A stretch of DNA of 62,964 nt, counting the filler, from Octopus bimaculoides (lineage: Eukaryota), in the NCBI RefSeq assembly GCF_001194135.2. It is 5 parts of 5 records of this genome, joined end to end, with 100 filler letters (N's around TTAATTAATTAA, not from the genome) between each part and the next. Parts side by side here need not be neighbours in the genome. Positions count along the whole stretch, not along the records: positions 19,809 to 33,030 come from NC_068998.1; positions 33,131 to 59,931 come from NC_069000.1; 3 more parts are not named here. The stretch is one strand, 5' to 3'. The notes beneath the pieces are model-generated. The model saw nothing but the letters and a program-made list of their open reading frames with translations, was not told where the DNA came from and made no database searches. Position 1 is the stretch's first letter, and each line of letters begins with the position of its first letter. This document shows positions 23,855 through 37,013 of the stretch, in pieces. The position numbers and the translations under genes were made by a program.

Positions 23855-24492
23855 NNNNNNNNNNNNNNNNNNNNNNNNNNNNNNNNNNNNNNNNNNNNNN
23901 NNNNNNNNNNNNNNNNNNNNNNNNNNNNNNNNNNNNNNNNNNNNNNNNNNNNNNNNNNNNNNNNNNNNNNNNNNNNNNNNNNNNNNNNNNNNNNNNNNNN
24001 NNNNNNNNNNNNNNNNNNNNNNNNNNNNNNNNNNNNNNNNNNNNNNNNNNNNNNNNNNNNNNNNNNNNNNNNNNNNNNNNNNNNNNNNNNNNNNNNNNNN
24101 NNNNNNNNNNNNNNNNNNNNNNNNNNNNNNNNNNNNNNNNNNNNNNNNNNNNNNNNNNNNNNNNNNNNNNNNNNNNNNNNNNNNNNNNNNNNNNNNNNNN
24201 NNNNNNNNNNNNNNNNNNNNNNNNNNNNNNNNNNNNNNNNNNNNNNNNNNNNNNNNNNNNNNNNNNNNNNNNNNNNNNNNNNNNNNNNNNNNNNNNNNNN
24301 NNNNNNNNNNNNNNNNNNNNNNNNNNNNNNNNNNNNNNNNNNNNNNNNNNNNNNNNNNNNNNNNNNNNNNNNNNNNNNNNNNNNNNNNNNNNNNNNNNNN
24401 NNNNNNNNNNNNNNNNNNNNNNNNNNNNNNNNNNNNNNNNNNNNNNNNNNNNNNNNNNNNNNNNNNNNNNNNNNNNNNNNNNNNNNNNNNNN

Positions 24493-24540
<48 letters not shown>

Positions 24541-25988
24541 TAAATGTCTGTGTATGTGTATATATACTTCTGAATGAATTCGTACATATATATACGTATA
24601 CACACACGCAGGCGCACACGCACACAACACACACAGACACGCACACGCATATAAAATGGAGATCAAGATGCGCAAGAAGTTGATTTTAAGGAGAAAATAT
24701 TACCTTGCTTTGCAAACACAACACAAAAGGAATACCTAAATGCACGCCACGCGCGTGCACACACACGCACACACACACATACACACACTACACACATGCA
24801 CAACCACACCCCTACCCCTACACACATGATGTGCGTATATTAGAGTATCGGTGAGTTTGGTCGTGTATATGTATAATACAATATGCATATAGTAATATAA
24901 TATATAATAAATAATATATAACGAAAAAATATATAATAAATAATATATAACGAAAAAATATATAATATATACAGAGGCGTTTCAAATTGCTTGTTAACGC
25001 TATTTCGAATGTTTGCATAAATCATAAAATCTAGTGCTTTTAACCATTTCCTTGAGAAATTCAAAAATTCCCATCTTGCTCTATATCTCAAGCTTGGCAA
25101 TAAATGTTTTAAGTGAAACGAAACGAAGATAGAAATATATATACATATATNNNNNNNNNNNNNNNNNNNNNNNNNNNNNNNNNNNNNNNNNNNNNNNNNN
25201 NNNNNNNNNNNNNNNNNNNNNNNNNNNNNNNNNNNNNNNNNNNNNNNNNNNNNNNNNNNNNNNNNNNNNNNNNNNNNNNNNNNNNNNNNNNNNNNNNNNN
25301 NNNNNNNNNNNNNNNNNNNNNNNNNNNNNNNNNNNNNNNNNNNNNNNNNNNNNNNNNNNNNNNNNNNNNNNNNNNNNNNNNNNNNNNNNNNNNNNNNNNN
25401 NNNNNNNNNNNNNNNNNNNNNNNNNNNNNNNNNNNNNNNNNNNNNNNNNNNNNNNNNNNNNNNNNNNNNNNNNNNNNNNNNNNNNNNNNNNNNNNNNNNN
25501 NNNNNNNNNNNNNNNNNNNNNNNNNNNNNNNNNNNNNNNNNNNNNNNNNNNNNNNNNNNNNNNNNNNNNNNNNNNNNNNNNNNNNNNNNNNNNNNNNNNN
25601 NNNNNNNNNNNNNNNNNNNNNNNNNNNNNNNNNNNNNNNNNNNNNNNNNNNNNNNNNNNNNNNNNNNNNNNNNNNNNNNNNNNNNNNNNNNNNNNNNNNN
25701 NNNNNNNNNNNNNNNNNNNNNNNNNNNNNNNNNNNNNNNNNNNNNNNNNNNNNNNNNNNNNNNNNNNNNNNNNNNNNNNNNNNNNNNNNNNNNNNNNNNN
25801 NNNNNNNNNNNNNNNNNNNNNNNNNNNNNNNNNNNNNNNNNNNNNNNNNNNNNNNNNNNNNNNNNNNNNNNNNNNNNNNNNNNNNNNNNNNNNNNNNNNN
25901 NNNNNNNNNNNNNNNNNNNNNNNNNNNNNNNNNNNNNNNNNNNNNNNNNNNNAGAGAGAGGAAGAGAGAGAGCAGGGAGACAGAGGAG

Positions 25989-26034
<46 letters not shown>

Positions 26035-26475
26035 GGACAGGGAATATGTGGAACAGAGCAGGAATTTGGAGGAGAAATGAAGAGAGCGAGCGAGCGAACG
26101 CGAGACAGAGAGGAAGAGAGAGAGAGAGAGAAAAAGAGAGAGAGAGAGAGAAAAAGAGAGAGAGGGGTGTCGTTTCGATTCAGTTTTTGTTTGTATCTAT
26201 GTAGATCGTGTGATACGGTTTGATATATCGATGAAGAATATATCCATGTCCTCCAACATTTATTCAATAACTTAAATGTTTCACGGATGTTACCGTAGAC
26301 TCTGCTGGCATTTCTGACTTTTTCTTTTGGTCTTGTTTTCGTATGCTCAATATAGTCTATAGAGTGAGAATTACAAACGCGCGCATTAAACACGTGCATA
26401 TACATTATATTCTTTTTAATTTCTTATACCTTTTAGCACTAACGCTGTAGCCATGTTGGGACGCCATATATATAT

Positions 26476-26630
26476 GGCTGTGGGGTAAGAATCTTGCTTC
26501 TCAACCAGATGGTTCTAGATTCAATCCCACTGCGTGGGACTTTCGGCAGGTGTCTTCTACTATACCCCCAGGCCGACCAAAGACTTGTGAGTGAATTTGG
26601 TAGACGGAAACTAAAAGAAGTACGTCGTGT

Positions 26631-26635
<5 letters not shown>
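26476..26635 (+). mobile_element. SINE family A head
   Basis: GGCTGTGGGGTAAGAATCTTGCTT..CCCACTGCGTGG..GGCCGACCAAAG..TTTGGTAGACGGAAACT. Confidence 0.8.
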
Positions 26636-26662
<27 letters not shown>

Positions 26663-28205
26663 GGTGCCATCCATTTTTATTTTATTTTATTTTATATTGT
26701 ATATTGTATATCATATTATATATTGTATATTCCATATTCTATACCCCACATTAGTTCTGCAGGAATATAAATAAAACATAAAAAACAGACAGTGTTGGAA
26801 CTCTTTTAAGCAAAATAATATATATATATATATATANNNNNNNNNNNNNNNNNNNNNNNNNNNNNNNNNNNNNNNNNNNNNNNNNNNNNNNNNNNNNNNN
26901 NNNNNNNNNNNNNNNNNNNNNNNNNNNNNNNNNNNNNNNNNNNNNNNNNNNNNNNNNNNNNNNNNNNNNNNNNNNNNNNNNNNNNNNNNNNNNNNNNNNN
27001 NNNNNNNNNNNNNNNNNNNNNNNNNNNNNNNNNNNNNNNNNNNNNNNNNNNNNNNNNNNNNNNNNNNNNNNNNNNNNNNNNNNNNNNNNNNNNNNNNNNN
27101 NNNNNNNNNNNNNNNNNNNNNNNNNNNNNNNNNNNNNNNNNNNNNNNNNNNNNNNNNNNNNNNNNNNNNNNNNNNNNNNNNNNNNNNNNNNNNNNNNNNN
27201 NNNNNNNNNNNNNNNNNNNNNNNNNNNNNNNNNNNNNNNNNNNNNNNNNNNNNNNNNNNNNNNNNNNNNNNNNNNNNNNNNNNNNNNNNNNNNNNNNNNN
27301 NNNNNNNNNNNNNNNNNNNNNNNNNNNNNNNNNNNNNNNNNNNNNNNNNNNNNNNNNNNNNNNNNNNNNNNNNNNNNNNNNNNNNNNNNNNNNNNNNNNN
27401 NNNNNNNNNNNNNNNNNNNNNNNNNNNNNNNNNNNNNNNNNNNNNNNNNNNNNNNNNNNNNNNNNNNNNNNNNNNNNNNNNNNNNNNNNNNNNNNNNNNN
27501 NNNNNNNNNNNNNNNNNNNNNNNNNNNNNNNNNNNNNNNNNNNNNNNNNNNNNNNNNNNNNNNNNNNNNNNNNNNNNNNNNNNNNNNNNNNNNNNNNNNN
27601 NNNNNNNNNNNNNNNNNNNNNNNNNNNNNNNNNNNNNNNNNNNNNNNNNNNNNNNNNNNNNNNNNNNNNNNNNNNNNNNNNNNNNNNNNTCTCTTGTATT
27701 TTCTTTTACCCTAAGCCAGGAACTTTTCAGCACCCCCTCCTTGTAGAGATCAATAAACGTCTTACATTACTGACTTCTTCATGGAACCGTTGATAACTTA
27801 TCTGATCTTGTCATGGAAAATTTCTAAAATAAAATTCATAAGAATAATGAATAAAAAAATCACTTGATATGAAAACCAATACTTTCGTTCTTTTGTGCCA
27901 TTACCGCTTTTAATAAGAAATATTTGAAGAAATTTAATGTTTCATTAAATACTAAACGAAATTGATAAAGTGCAATAAAATTCAGTTATAATATTTTGAT
28001 ATAGTCGGAATATTTAAAGTGAAACGTGTTTGGTGAATACCAATTTTTGTATCGATATTTGACAAGAAATTAGTGTGAATTAGAGTAAAATCAAAATTGC
28101 CAGGCAACTAAAACCATTCTACTGTAAATGGACAATAATTACACAAGAGTATTGAGCGTCTCTGTTACAATATTTTCAGGAAATGTGTGCGCTTGTCATT
28201 AATTC

Positions 28206-28338
28206 TTTTCTACTCTAAGCACAAGGCCCAAAATTTTGAGGGAGGTGGCCAGTCGATTAAATCGACCCCAGTACGCAATTGGTACTTAATTTATTGACCT
28301 CGAAAGGATGAGAAGCAAAGTCGACCTCGGTGGAAATT
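28206..28338 (-). mobile_element. SINE family B fragment
   Basis: Reverse complement of CCGAGGTCGACTTTGCT..CATCCTTTCG..GTACC..CTGGGGTCGAT..AATCGACT. Confidence 0.7.
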
Positions 28339-28659
28339 GTTTCAAATAGCAGCCACACTTTTCTCAAGTCATACGACATCGATGGTGGATTCAATTGTTT
28401 GATTTATCGAACCACATGCTTACTGAATTAGCATGCAAATGGCTAGGTATCCCACAAATGGTTGTATCCTGTAATTCTCGGACAGCAGTGGTGTGTGACA
28501 GGGTTCCACCTTTTCGAATTACGGGTACAATCAACTCAAAGGGATTTCTATACAGTATCCGTCTAACTAATTTCCCTCATAAACATGTATTGTCCCAAGG
28601 TGATAACTATGGGGTGGAATCGAACTTCAGATTTCGTAGACACGTCGTGAACTTAACAA

Positions 28660-28935
28660 CTACCACCACCATCATTGCCACACCACCACCACCACCACCA
28701 CCACCACTACCGGTACGACCACCAAGACCACAAGTATCTTCTTCACTGCCACCATTACAACTACCGCCATCATAATCACCCCATCCACTACCACTACTAC
28801 CACTACTACCACAACTGACAGCAGCTGCAGCAGAGGCAGTACCATCAGCAAACTACCTCCATTACTACAACTATCAACACCACTATTACCACTGCCGTCA
28901 TTGTCACCACCATCAACAACAACAACGACAATAAC
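28660..28935. repeat. Degenerate (CAC/TAC/AAC)n trinucleotide tract
   Basis: Mixed ACC/ACT/ACA triplets produce the poly-P/T/V pseudo-ORFs in the ORF track. Confidence 0.8.
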
Positions 28936-29954
28936 AAAAAAAAAACACAAGTGAGCTTGTTAGAATATAGCAGCTAAATCTCCCTCAAATCACAGAACGC
29001 CTTCTGAGAAATTGATACAGAGCATAATGTGCTCATGAGTTCTCACTATATAAAAAAAGGTGAGATGGTCATGGGTGGATTGTATTTGCTCTTAGATCAA
29101 TTCGCTCAGCACTGACCAGGGACTTAACAACGAAACAAGGTTGCAGACAAACACACGAGATGGCCACGGATGGAATGTTTATAATCATACACATGTCTGC
29201 ACTATCATGAATTGCCTAGGGCTAAAGAACAAATCCAACAACGATAAGCCAGCGCAGATCTTTTCTATCCCTTCAGTGTGATCTCACAACAATTCTTCGA
29301 TCAAGTCCCGTGAGACTCAAGCGTGATTTCAATGACTTCATGGAGAAAAACGATGATATCTCGCCAGTCTTTCCTGAAAATTGTATGGTATTTCCACAAT
29401 CAGATGAAAACCTCGTGTCTATCTGACAAAAATTTTTGAGATTTTGGATGAAAAATTTCTTGTGAGATTTGTTCGAGATTTAATCTCGAAAATTTCTCAT
29501 GTTTCGTTTTATAATAGATTTGAAACCGCGTTAAATTCTCTTAAAGGTAGTTTTTGGCTTTGGTAAAACGTCTTGTGAAGTGAAGAAAAATATCGATTTT
29601 TCATAGAAAATTATTATTATTATTATTATTGTTATTTTGAAATCTTCAAAGTTTGAATAGTAATAACTAAACTTATAACTAAAGTTGTCTAAGAGACAAT
29701 ACTCATCCACAACCAGTGTGTACTGTCTTCAGGAAAAAAGAAATAAGAAGGCTATTAAAGTATATCGCCAATAAAGAAATGACAAAATATACGCTGAAAA
29801 TGGCTCTGCAGCATTTTGGTAGTAATCAAAGAAAGAGCTTTAGATTATATCACAACAATTGTGTAGAAGGAAGAACGTCGGATGTGCCTATAAATGTTGC
29901 CGCCGTTACAACAATTCATGCTTTTAGTTTTACAATTGTAGATACATACATACA

Positions 29955-29988
<34 letters not shown>

Positions 29989-30310
29989 CTTATATGGTAC
30001 TTGCATGAATATACATAGGTACACATATATCTATGGGTGTATACATGGTTTTAGTTTAGTTTGATTGTATGCTAAGTTGGTAAAGTGGACGAGAATTTTA
30101 AAAATCTTCATTATACGGAAATAATGTAAACCATTTCGAATAAGCTCAATTTTTCCTGTAGATGTTTATTTGTCTATACGTATGTATGTTTATGAGTCCC
30201 TTAGTGCGTGTGTATTTATGTGTATGTACACACACACAGCACACACACATACACACACACACACACACGCACACATATATACACATACATATATATGTAT
30301 ATGTATATAC

Positions 30311-30353
<43 letters not shown>

Positions 30354-30475
30354 CGTGTATATATATATATATATGTATGCATGTATAGATATATAGAATA
30401 TAGTGTGTGAAACATATGTAGATATATAAATACATACACATTCATCAAATAATCTGCTTACATTATCTCTTTCTT

Positions 30476-30550
<75 letters not shown>

Positions 30551-30779
30551 GATTGGCTGTCGTCATTTTCGTCTGCGTAAGTCTAAACAATTTCTCGTGT
30601 TTATTTTCGTGTATTTATATTGAAGTTTTGTCAACAGTTGGTTAGCAAGATCAGCTTTCCTGTGAGCGAAGTCGTTCTCACGAAAATAATCCTTTGAGGA
30701 TGTATTTATGCATTTTAATTTCATTTAAAAAGAAACTTTCAATCTGTCCTGAAAAATGAATAACTTTTCTGATTAGATC

Positions 30780-30950
30780 TGAAAGTAAGGGCAGTATTCT
30801 TAGACCCGTGGGGCAGGCTGGTCGTCTTGGATGTCGACGGCGGTAACGGATGTACTTTCTAACTAATAGCTGTGCATGCACCGTCCTTAGCAGGTCGGTC
30901 GGATATCTTTCGACATCTAGAGGTTTTCCTGGGAACGTAGAGATAGGAAG
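30780..30950 (+). mobile_element. Tx1/L1-clade APE endonuclease fragment
   Basis: Translation VRAVFLDPWGRLVVLDVDGGNGCTF*LIAVHAPSLAGRSDIFRHLEVFLGT fits the D..GR...........L..VYAP pattern of L1/Tx1 endonucleases. Confidence 0.7.
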
Positions 30951-31019
30951 AGAAGGGGATGCAAGTGTCTCATATATCTTAAAAAACCGCATTATTCATG
31001 GCGGGACCTAATATTTAGC

Positions 31020-31400
31020 ATGTTGTAATTATTGAAGGGTGCAGCCTCTTTCGACAAAAGCTCTTCCTGCACTCACTCTGCCTTGATTGCTTGGCCAAAG
31101 GGAAACAGTGGATATAGATGAGACCCTTGCTGTCAAAAGAGGAGAACATCATAAGCTTCCTGGTGGTCTAGCTTTGTCTGTCTTCTGCTAGCAAATCATA
31201 GATGCTCGGCTTATACAAGTTAATGCAGTTGCAGCCTTGAGCCTTTTATAAGTTTCTGTAGCGTTTTTACACAGTTTCACATAAAACTTTATTGCATAGC
31301 GAGATTCTAAATTGTCTTCATGTCCCGAATGCAGTTGTGACAAGTGGTATTTAGTAGAGTGTGTTTAAATTTCTGTTACTGCCGCCTCCTTCAAACAAGA
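31020..31400 (-). mobile_element. Internally deleted mariner remnant
   Basis: Minus-strand EDNLESRYAIKFYVKLCKNATETYKRLK (mariner N-terminus) is joined to MMFSSFDSKGLIYIH (the FFD..G.IY motif). Confidence 0.6.
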
Positions 31401-31499
31401 ATAACAAAAGTTGGCAGGTCAGCTTCTTTAGTGTACAGTAATGATGTAACAAATTTTACAATAATGTAGGACAGTCGTAAACAGTCTCAAAACTTCCGG

Positions 31500-31925
31500 A
31501 ATGTTAAGGGTAAATTTTTCTCTCTCTCTAGGAGCAGGCTGTGTAGCCACTCATAATAAAAAGGGGTTCTGGTGGAATATTCCAGTGAAGACCTCAATAA
31601 AATGTAAGCACAACAGACCTGATATAATGATTTGGGATGGAGAAGAGAAAGTTCGCACAGTTGTGGAAATTAGCTGCCCAGGGGATGTTAACATAAAGCT
31701 AAAGATCAGTGAAAAAGAGAACACCTACACTGAACTATTGAGAAATCTGCAGTACTTTTTCCAGATCAAAAGTTCAGGTTTATACCTGTAATTATTGGGG
31801 ACCTGGGATATGTTACACACTGCCTAAATACCAGTCTTGAGAAATTAGGCTTCTCTAAACCAGAAGGGAGGAAGCTAATTCGAAGACTACAAATCCAGTC
31901 GATCACTGGAACTGTAAAATTCTAG
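31500..31925 (+). mobile_element. R4-like restriction-like endonuclease C-terminal fragment
   Basis: Translation gives WWNIPVKTSIKCKHNRPDIMIWD..VVEISCP..KENTYTELLRNLQ and LIRRLQIQSITGTVKF. Confidence 0.7.
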
Positions 31926-31943
31926 TTTATGATTTAAATATAT

Positions 31944-32023
31944 ATGAGCATGTCTAGATATGAGCATGTCTAGATATGAGCATGTCTAGATTTGAGCATG
32001 TCTAGATATGAGCATGTCTAGAT
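31944..32023 (+). repeat. Minisatellite, 5 x 16 bp (ATGAGCATGTCTAGAT)
   Basis: Five consecutive units, one with a single substitution. Confidence 0.95.
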
Positions 32024-32378
32024 ATGCAACTATATGCACGAAAGTACATATATAAGGCAAAACATACACATCTGCACATATATAACCATACATACAAAAA
32101 TACCCTGTTGTTGATGTTAAAATTCCAATGAAGGGGCCTTCAATCTAGATTAGAAACGGGTTCTTCCTCTATTGGCAAGAAATCTTGAAACAAAAAAGTA
32201 CAACAAACATGCATACTTATATACATACATACATACATACATACATACATACATACATACATACATACATACATACACGTATATAATATGTACATGATAG
32301 ATATATGTATTATATTAATATATGCATATATATATATATATATATATACACTGTGTATATATATATGTGTATATGATG

Positions 32379-32455
<77 letters not shown>

Positions 32456-32941
32456 GTATGTACATATATATACCTTGTGTATATGTATATATATAATGTA
32501 TGTATGTATGTATGTATCTATCTATGCGTCTCTCTATCTCTATGTATATGACTGCAATAGACTCAATAATGACTATGGCCACAACTCATTTAATGATCTA
32601 CAAATTATAATCCTACAAAACGAAGACGTAATCTTAACTTAGCACTCGCATACATCTTCCATCCACTGTTAAATTCTATAGAAAATTGTGACATCCGACG
32701 TCTTATACAAATATGTGCATCTTCATCTACCTATAGGGAATATAACACGTGATTTATGAATGGTATGCAGTTGTTCTTTCACGTCGCGATGTTCTTGCTG
32801 TTTGCACTCTTAGTTCCATAGAATATTTCGTGGCTGCAGGTAACACGACAAACGCTTACTGAGACAGATCCTCCAAGTTGAACAATTGAAGCGGCAATAA
32901 TAATAATAATGCTGCTGCTGCTGCAGATGATGATGGTGAGG

Positions 32942-33005
<64 letters not shown>

Positions 33006-33339
33006 TAATAATAATAATAATAATAATAATNNNNNNNNNNNNNNNNNNNNNNNNNNNNNNNNNNNNNNNNNNNNTTAATTAATTAANNNNNNNNNNNNNN
33101 NNNNNNNNNNNNNNNNNNNNNNNNNNNNNNCACACGTACGTTATTAATATTGAACGAATGAGAAAGGATTGCTCAATACACGTTGCAGAAAATTTCGTCA
33201 GACGATTGCACTGGCGTGAAACTCGAAAATTCGAGTTGTGAGACAAACTCTCAGCTTTAATTCTAATAAACTGTTACATACATACATACATTCATACATA
33301 CATACATGCATACATACATACATACATATATACATACAC

Positions 33340-36137
33340 ACATAAACCAAATGAAGAAACAAAAATCAAGATAAATCTTGCACACCAAAAATTCGAAACA
33401 GAGGTTAACATTCTAAAGCTTCGCATTAAAGAGAAGTTTGGGAAATATGACAACTTAATACAAAAAGAAATCTCCGAACAAACCAACGGAAAATTACATG
33501 AAAAACTACTGGATTTATGGAAAAAAGACAGAGATGCAAGAAGCCAAATCAAATAAAACACTTGAAAACTCGATGGTTGCAAAACTACGAACACAAATAA
33601 TGAAAACGAATAATAAAACACAGATTCATGAAGAGACAAACTTTGTTTACAATAACAACAAAAAGAAACATAACCCCGTCCATACCAATTTCTCATCAGA
33701 AAATAATCAAAGGGTGACAACTAATTTTTTTATTTCAAACACGAAGCCCCAACAATCAGAAAATTGCTAACGTCACCAATGAAAAACAACGCCGGTAAGA
33801 GCACAAACGAACACAAACAAACTACTTAAAAACATAATCCTAAAAAATAGACGAAAATACCAAGATAGATGGCATAACAGCCGGAGAAATCCCTTCCAAC
33901 ATAATGGAATGACTGAGAGACAAGGTACCAATGACTCACTCCATTTGGAGTGAGTCATAGGGAACAAGATCTCTAAACGAAAGCGAAAGAAATCATTAAT
34001 GATACAAAGGGTCAAGAAAATATTTGACCAAGTGACCCTAAAATAATCAACTTCTCACAACGGAATTTTATGGAAAGTGAAATAAAAATTTTAGACCAAT
34101 ATGGTCTAAAATTCACACCAACTCCTAAATCCAACGCAACAGACCTTATAAAAGATACCGAGGAATTTTGCAGAAAACCTCGCCTACGAGAATTTTCAAA
34201 ACAATCACAACGAAGATCCATCACTTGTGCAGAACAAAACAGGTTTTAAACCCCCGATAAACAGAAACAAACACCTGGAGCAATATATAGTGTACCTGAA
34301 AGGGTTTGCTATCTCAAACATTCCCCCTAACCCTGTAAAATAAATTATTACAGATGAGGAATAAAAAGCATTACAATGTCTACAAGAATACTCATTTATA
34401 GTTATGAAAGAAGCTGACAGCAAACTAGATAACAATGAGAAAAATTGGCAAATTTACCAACAAATTCAAGGATGACTTAACAAAAAAGGAGTTGGATTAC
34501 CTCACCAATTTTGAAGTGAAAACAACTAATTTTTATGAACTTCCTAAAGTCCATGAATCCAAACAGATCAACAACAGCTTAAAACAATAGCTTCATACTC
34601 CATATATAAAAATTCCCAAACCAACTGGTCTCAAATTGCGTCCAGCACTCAAAGATTAAGCAACTTGCTGGACATAATTTTAAAACCTTTATGCAGATTA
34701 GTTCCCAGTTTCATCAAAGATGACATGGACTTCGTAAACTAAATCCCAGAACGGGTAGATAAAGAGATAGTACGAGCTAGCTTTGACGTAACTAATCTCT
34801 ACACAAATATTTCCCATATATATGGACTAGAAGCAGTAGAATTCTGGATAAGCAAACACCCACAAAAATTCAGGAGAGATTCTCAAAAGAATTTATACTT
34901 GAAGGTTTACAGATTGTACTGAAAAACAACTACTTTTTCTTTGATAATCAGTATTATCTACAAATACAAGACACTGCGATAGGGACGAAAGTCGCACCAA
35001 CATTTGCCACACGAGCAAAGGGATATCGAGAAGAAAAAATATCTATACCCTATCAAGAACTACTTTTAACCATCACTTCCAAACCTACATAATAATAAAC
35101 TGGAAAACATTCTTAGATGACCGCTTTATATTTTGGAACCGAAATAAGGAGGATCTTACAAAATTTCTTAAATTAATAAATAGCATTCATGTCTCAATCC
35201 AATTCACAACGGAAATGAATGAAAAGGAACTCCTTTTTCTGGATATTCTGATAATTATAAAAAATGAGACAGTTACAACAGACCTCTACTGCAAAAACAC
35301 AAACACTCACCAATATTTAGATTTTAGATCTTGCCACCCTTCCCATAGAAAAAGGAACATACCATTTAATATAGCAAGGCGCATATGCTCAATAGTCACA
35401 GATACGGTTAGACGAGAGAAACGACTGGCAGAACTTAATATATTCCTTTGGAAGCAAAAATATCTCAACATGTTAATTCAGCATGCCATAACAAAAGCAA
35501 AGGAAATCTCGATCTCTACCTTGCGGAGAAACAGCCAGGCTAAGTGTAAAAATAAAAATACAAATATTCCGTTTGTAGTCACCCACAATCCTAGAAACCA
35601 CAACATCCTGCACTCAACCAAACGATACCTCTCAGTTCCACATCAATCACCAAATCTCCAACGAATAATTAAAAAACCACAAATTATCAACAGTCGAAAA
35701 CAACCACCTAATCTCAAGAGAGACGAGATTCACATTTGAAAAAGAAACGATGCAAGTAACCAATTGCGGAGACCCCCGTTATGGGACATGAAAACTAATT
35801 GAGCAAGGGACAACCAAAAGGCTCAAGAATGGGAAGGAGTTAAAAGTGAGCGCAAACATAAATTTCAAAACAAAAAAAAAAACATCTTCTGCATTACATG
35901 CCCACAGTGCAATGAAAACTACATTCGGGAAGGAAACTCACCAGCCATGTAAATGTGCATAAACAACAAACTAAGGATTCATCTCTTAGGAATGTCCCAT
36001 GCAGTAAACATCTAGGTATCTGTGCAAATGGAAAATTTAAAATATTCCCATTTTACAAAATAAACGATGTACAACTACAAAAGGCAAAAGAAGAATACTT
36101 TATAAGAATTCTAAATCCGAAATTAAACCGAAAATAG
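33340..36137 (+). mobile_element. Penelope-like retroelement, near full-length but decayed ORF (N-terminal domain, RT, GIY-YIG)
   Basis: Translation gives KIINFSQRNFMESEIKILDQYGLKFTPTP..FCRKPRLREF, FYELPKVH, SFDVTNLYTNI, TAIGTKVAPTFA, KTFLDDRFIFW, LLFLDILI, YLDFRSCHPSHRKRNIPF, FCITCPQCNENYI and EEYFIRILNPKLN. Confidence 0.9.
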
Positions 36138-36208
36138 CCAACACTCCATACAATAAACAATAATAAAAGAATATTTATCATTAAAACCAAAAGTTCGAAA
36201 ATAAACCG

Positions 36209-36568
36209 GAAGCCTTATTTAGCACAGTAATCGTTTCGGCTGCTTTCTGCATCGTTCCCTAGTGGGTGGGGAACGATGTAATGATATCAGATGCATCGCA
36301 AAGTGCAGGGAGCCATATCAAGTGACGTAACATGCTTCAAAAGTTATAAATTCACATTTCGTTCCAAGAAAGATGCTGCAACACACCATAATACCACCAT
36401 CATTTTTCGTGGAGCGAAATATAAATCTTATAAATTTTGAAGCGTGTTATGTCACCTGACGAGGCTCCCTGCACTGTGCAATGTATCCGATGCCATTACA
36501 TCGTTTCCCACCCACTAGGGAGCCGAGCAGAAGGCAACCGAAACGATTGTTGTGCCAAATAAAGCTTC
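36209..36568. repeat. 360-bp fold-back (two ~165-bp inverted arms, about 80% identical) just 3' of the Penelope ORF; probable inverted pLTR
   Basis: Arm 36209-36375 matches the reverse complement of 36398-36568, with mostly transition differences. Confidence 0.85.
36451..36556 (+). ncRNA. Hammerhead-like motif with a greatly expanded stem II
   Basis: GTCAC-CTGACGA-GG[CTCCC..73 nt..GCAA]CC-GAAAC GATT GTT-GTGCC. The opposite arm retains AGCC before GAAAC, which would pair with GGCT. Confidence 0.5.
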
Positions 36569-36789
36569 TAGCTATACTCCGTCTCCCGTATCAATCATTT
36601 AAAATATACCCAACATGCACCTGGGAATTCGTGAAGTAGATCCAGCGACGAAAGCGCAGTAATGCGGATTACGCCTGGTGGCCATAAATGGTGAACCTGC
36701 TCTGCAGGCACACTACCTCGGACTTATCCGAAACAAAGCTTTGACACTGCATTTTAATGTCTCATTTTTAAACCTTAATTTATATAAGT

Positions 36790-37013
36790 GGCTGTGTGAT
36801 AAGTAGCTTGCTTACCAACCACATGGTCTCTGGTTCAGTCCCACTGCGTGGAACCTTGGGCAAGTATCTTCTACTATAGCCTCGGGCCGACCAAAGCCTT
36901 GTGAGTGGATTTGGTAGACGGAAACTGAAAGAAACCCGTCGTATATATGTATATATATATATATGTATGTGTGTGTATATGTTTGTGTGTCTGTGTTTGC
37001 CCCCGCCAAAATC
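36790..37013 (+). mobile_element. SINE family A (head, microsatellite, start of tail; runs into gap)
   Basis: GGCTGTGTGATAAGTAGCTTGCTT..GGTTCAGTCCCACTGCGTGG..CCTTGGGCAAGT..GGAAACTGAAAGAAACCCGTCG. Confidence 0.85.

Noticed and set aside
29705-29735. Minus-strand CTGAAGA-CAGT ACAC ACTG
   Set aside because: Good stem II but no GAAA or remaining stems.
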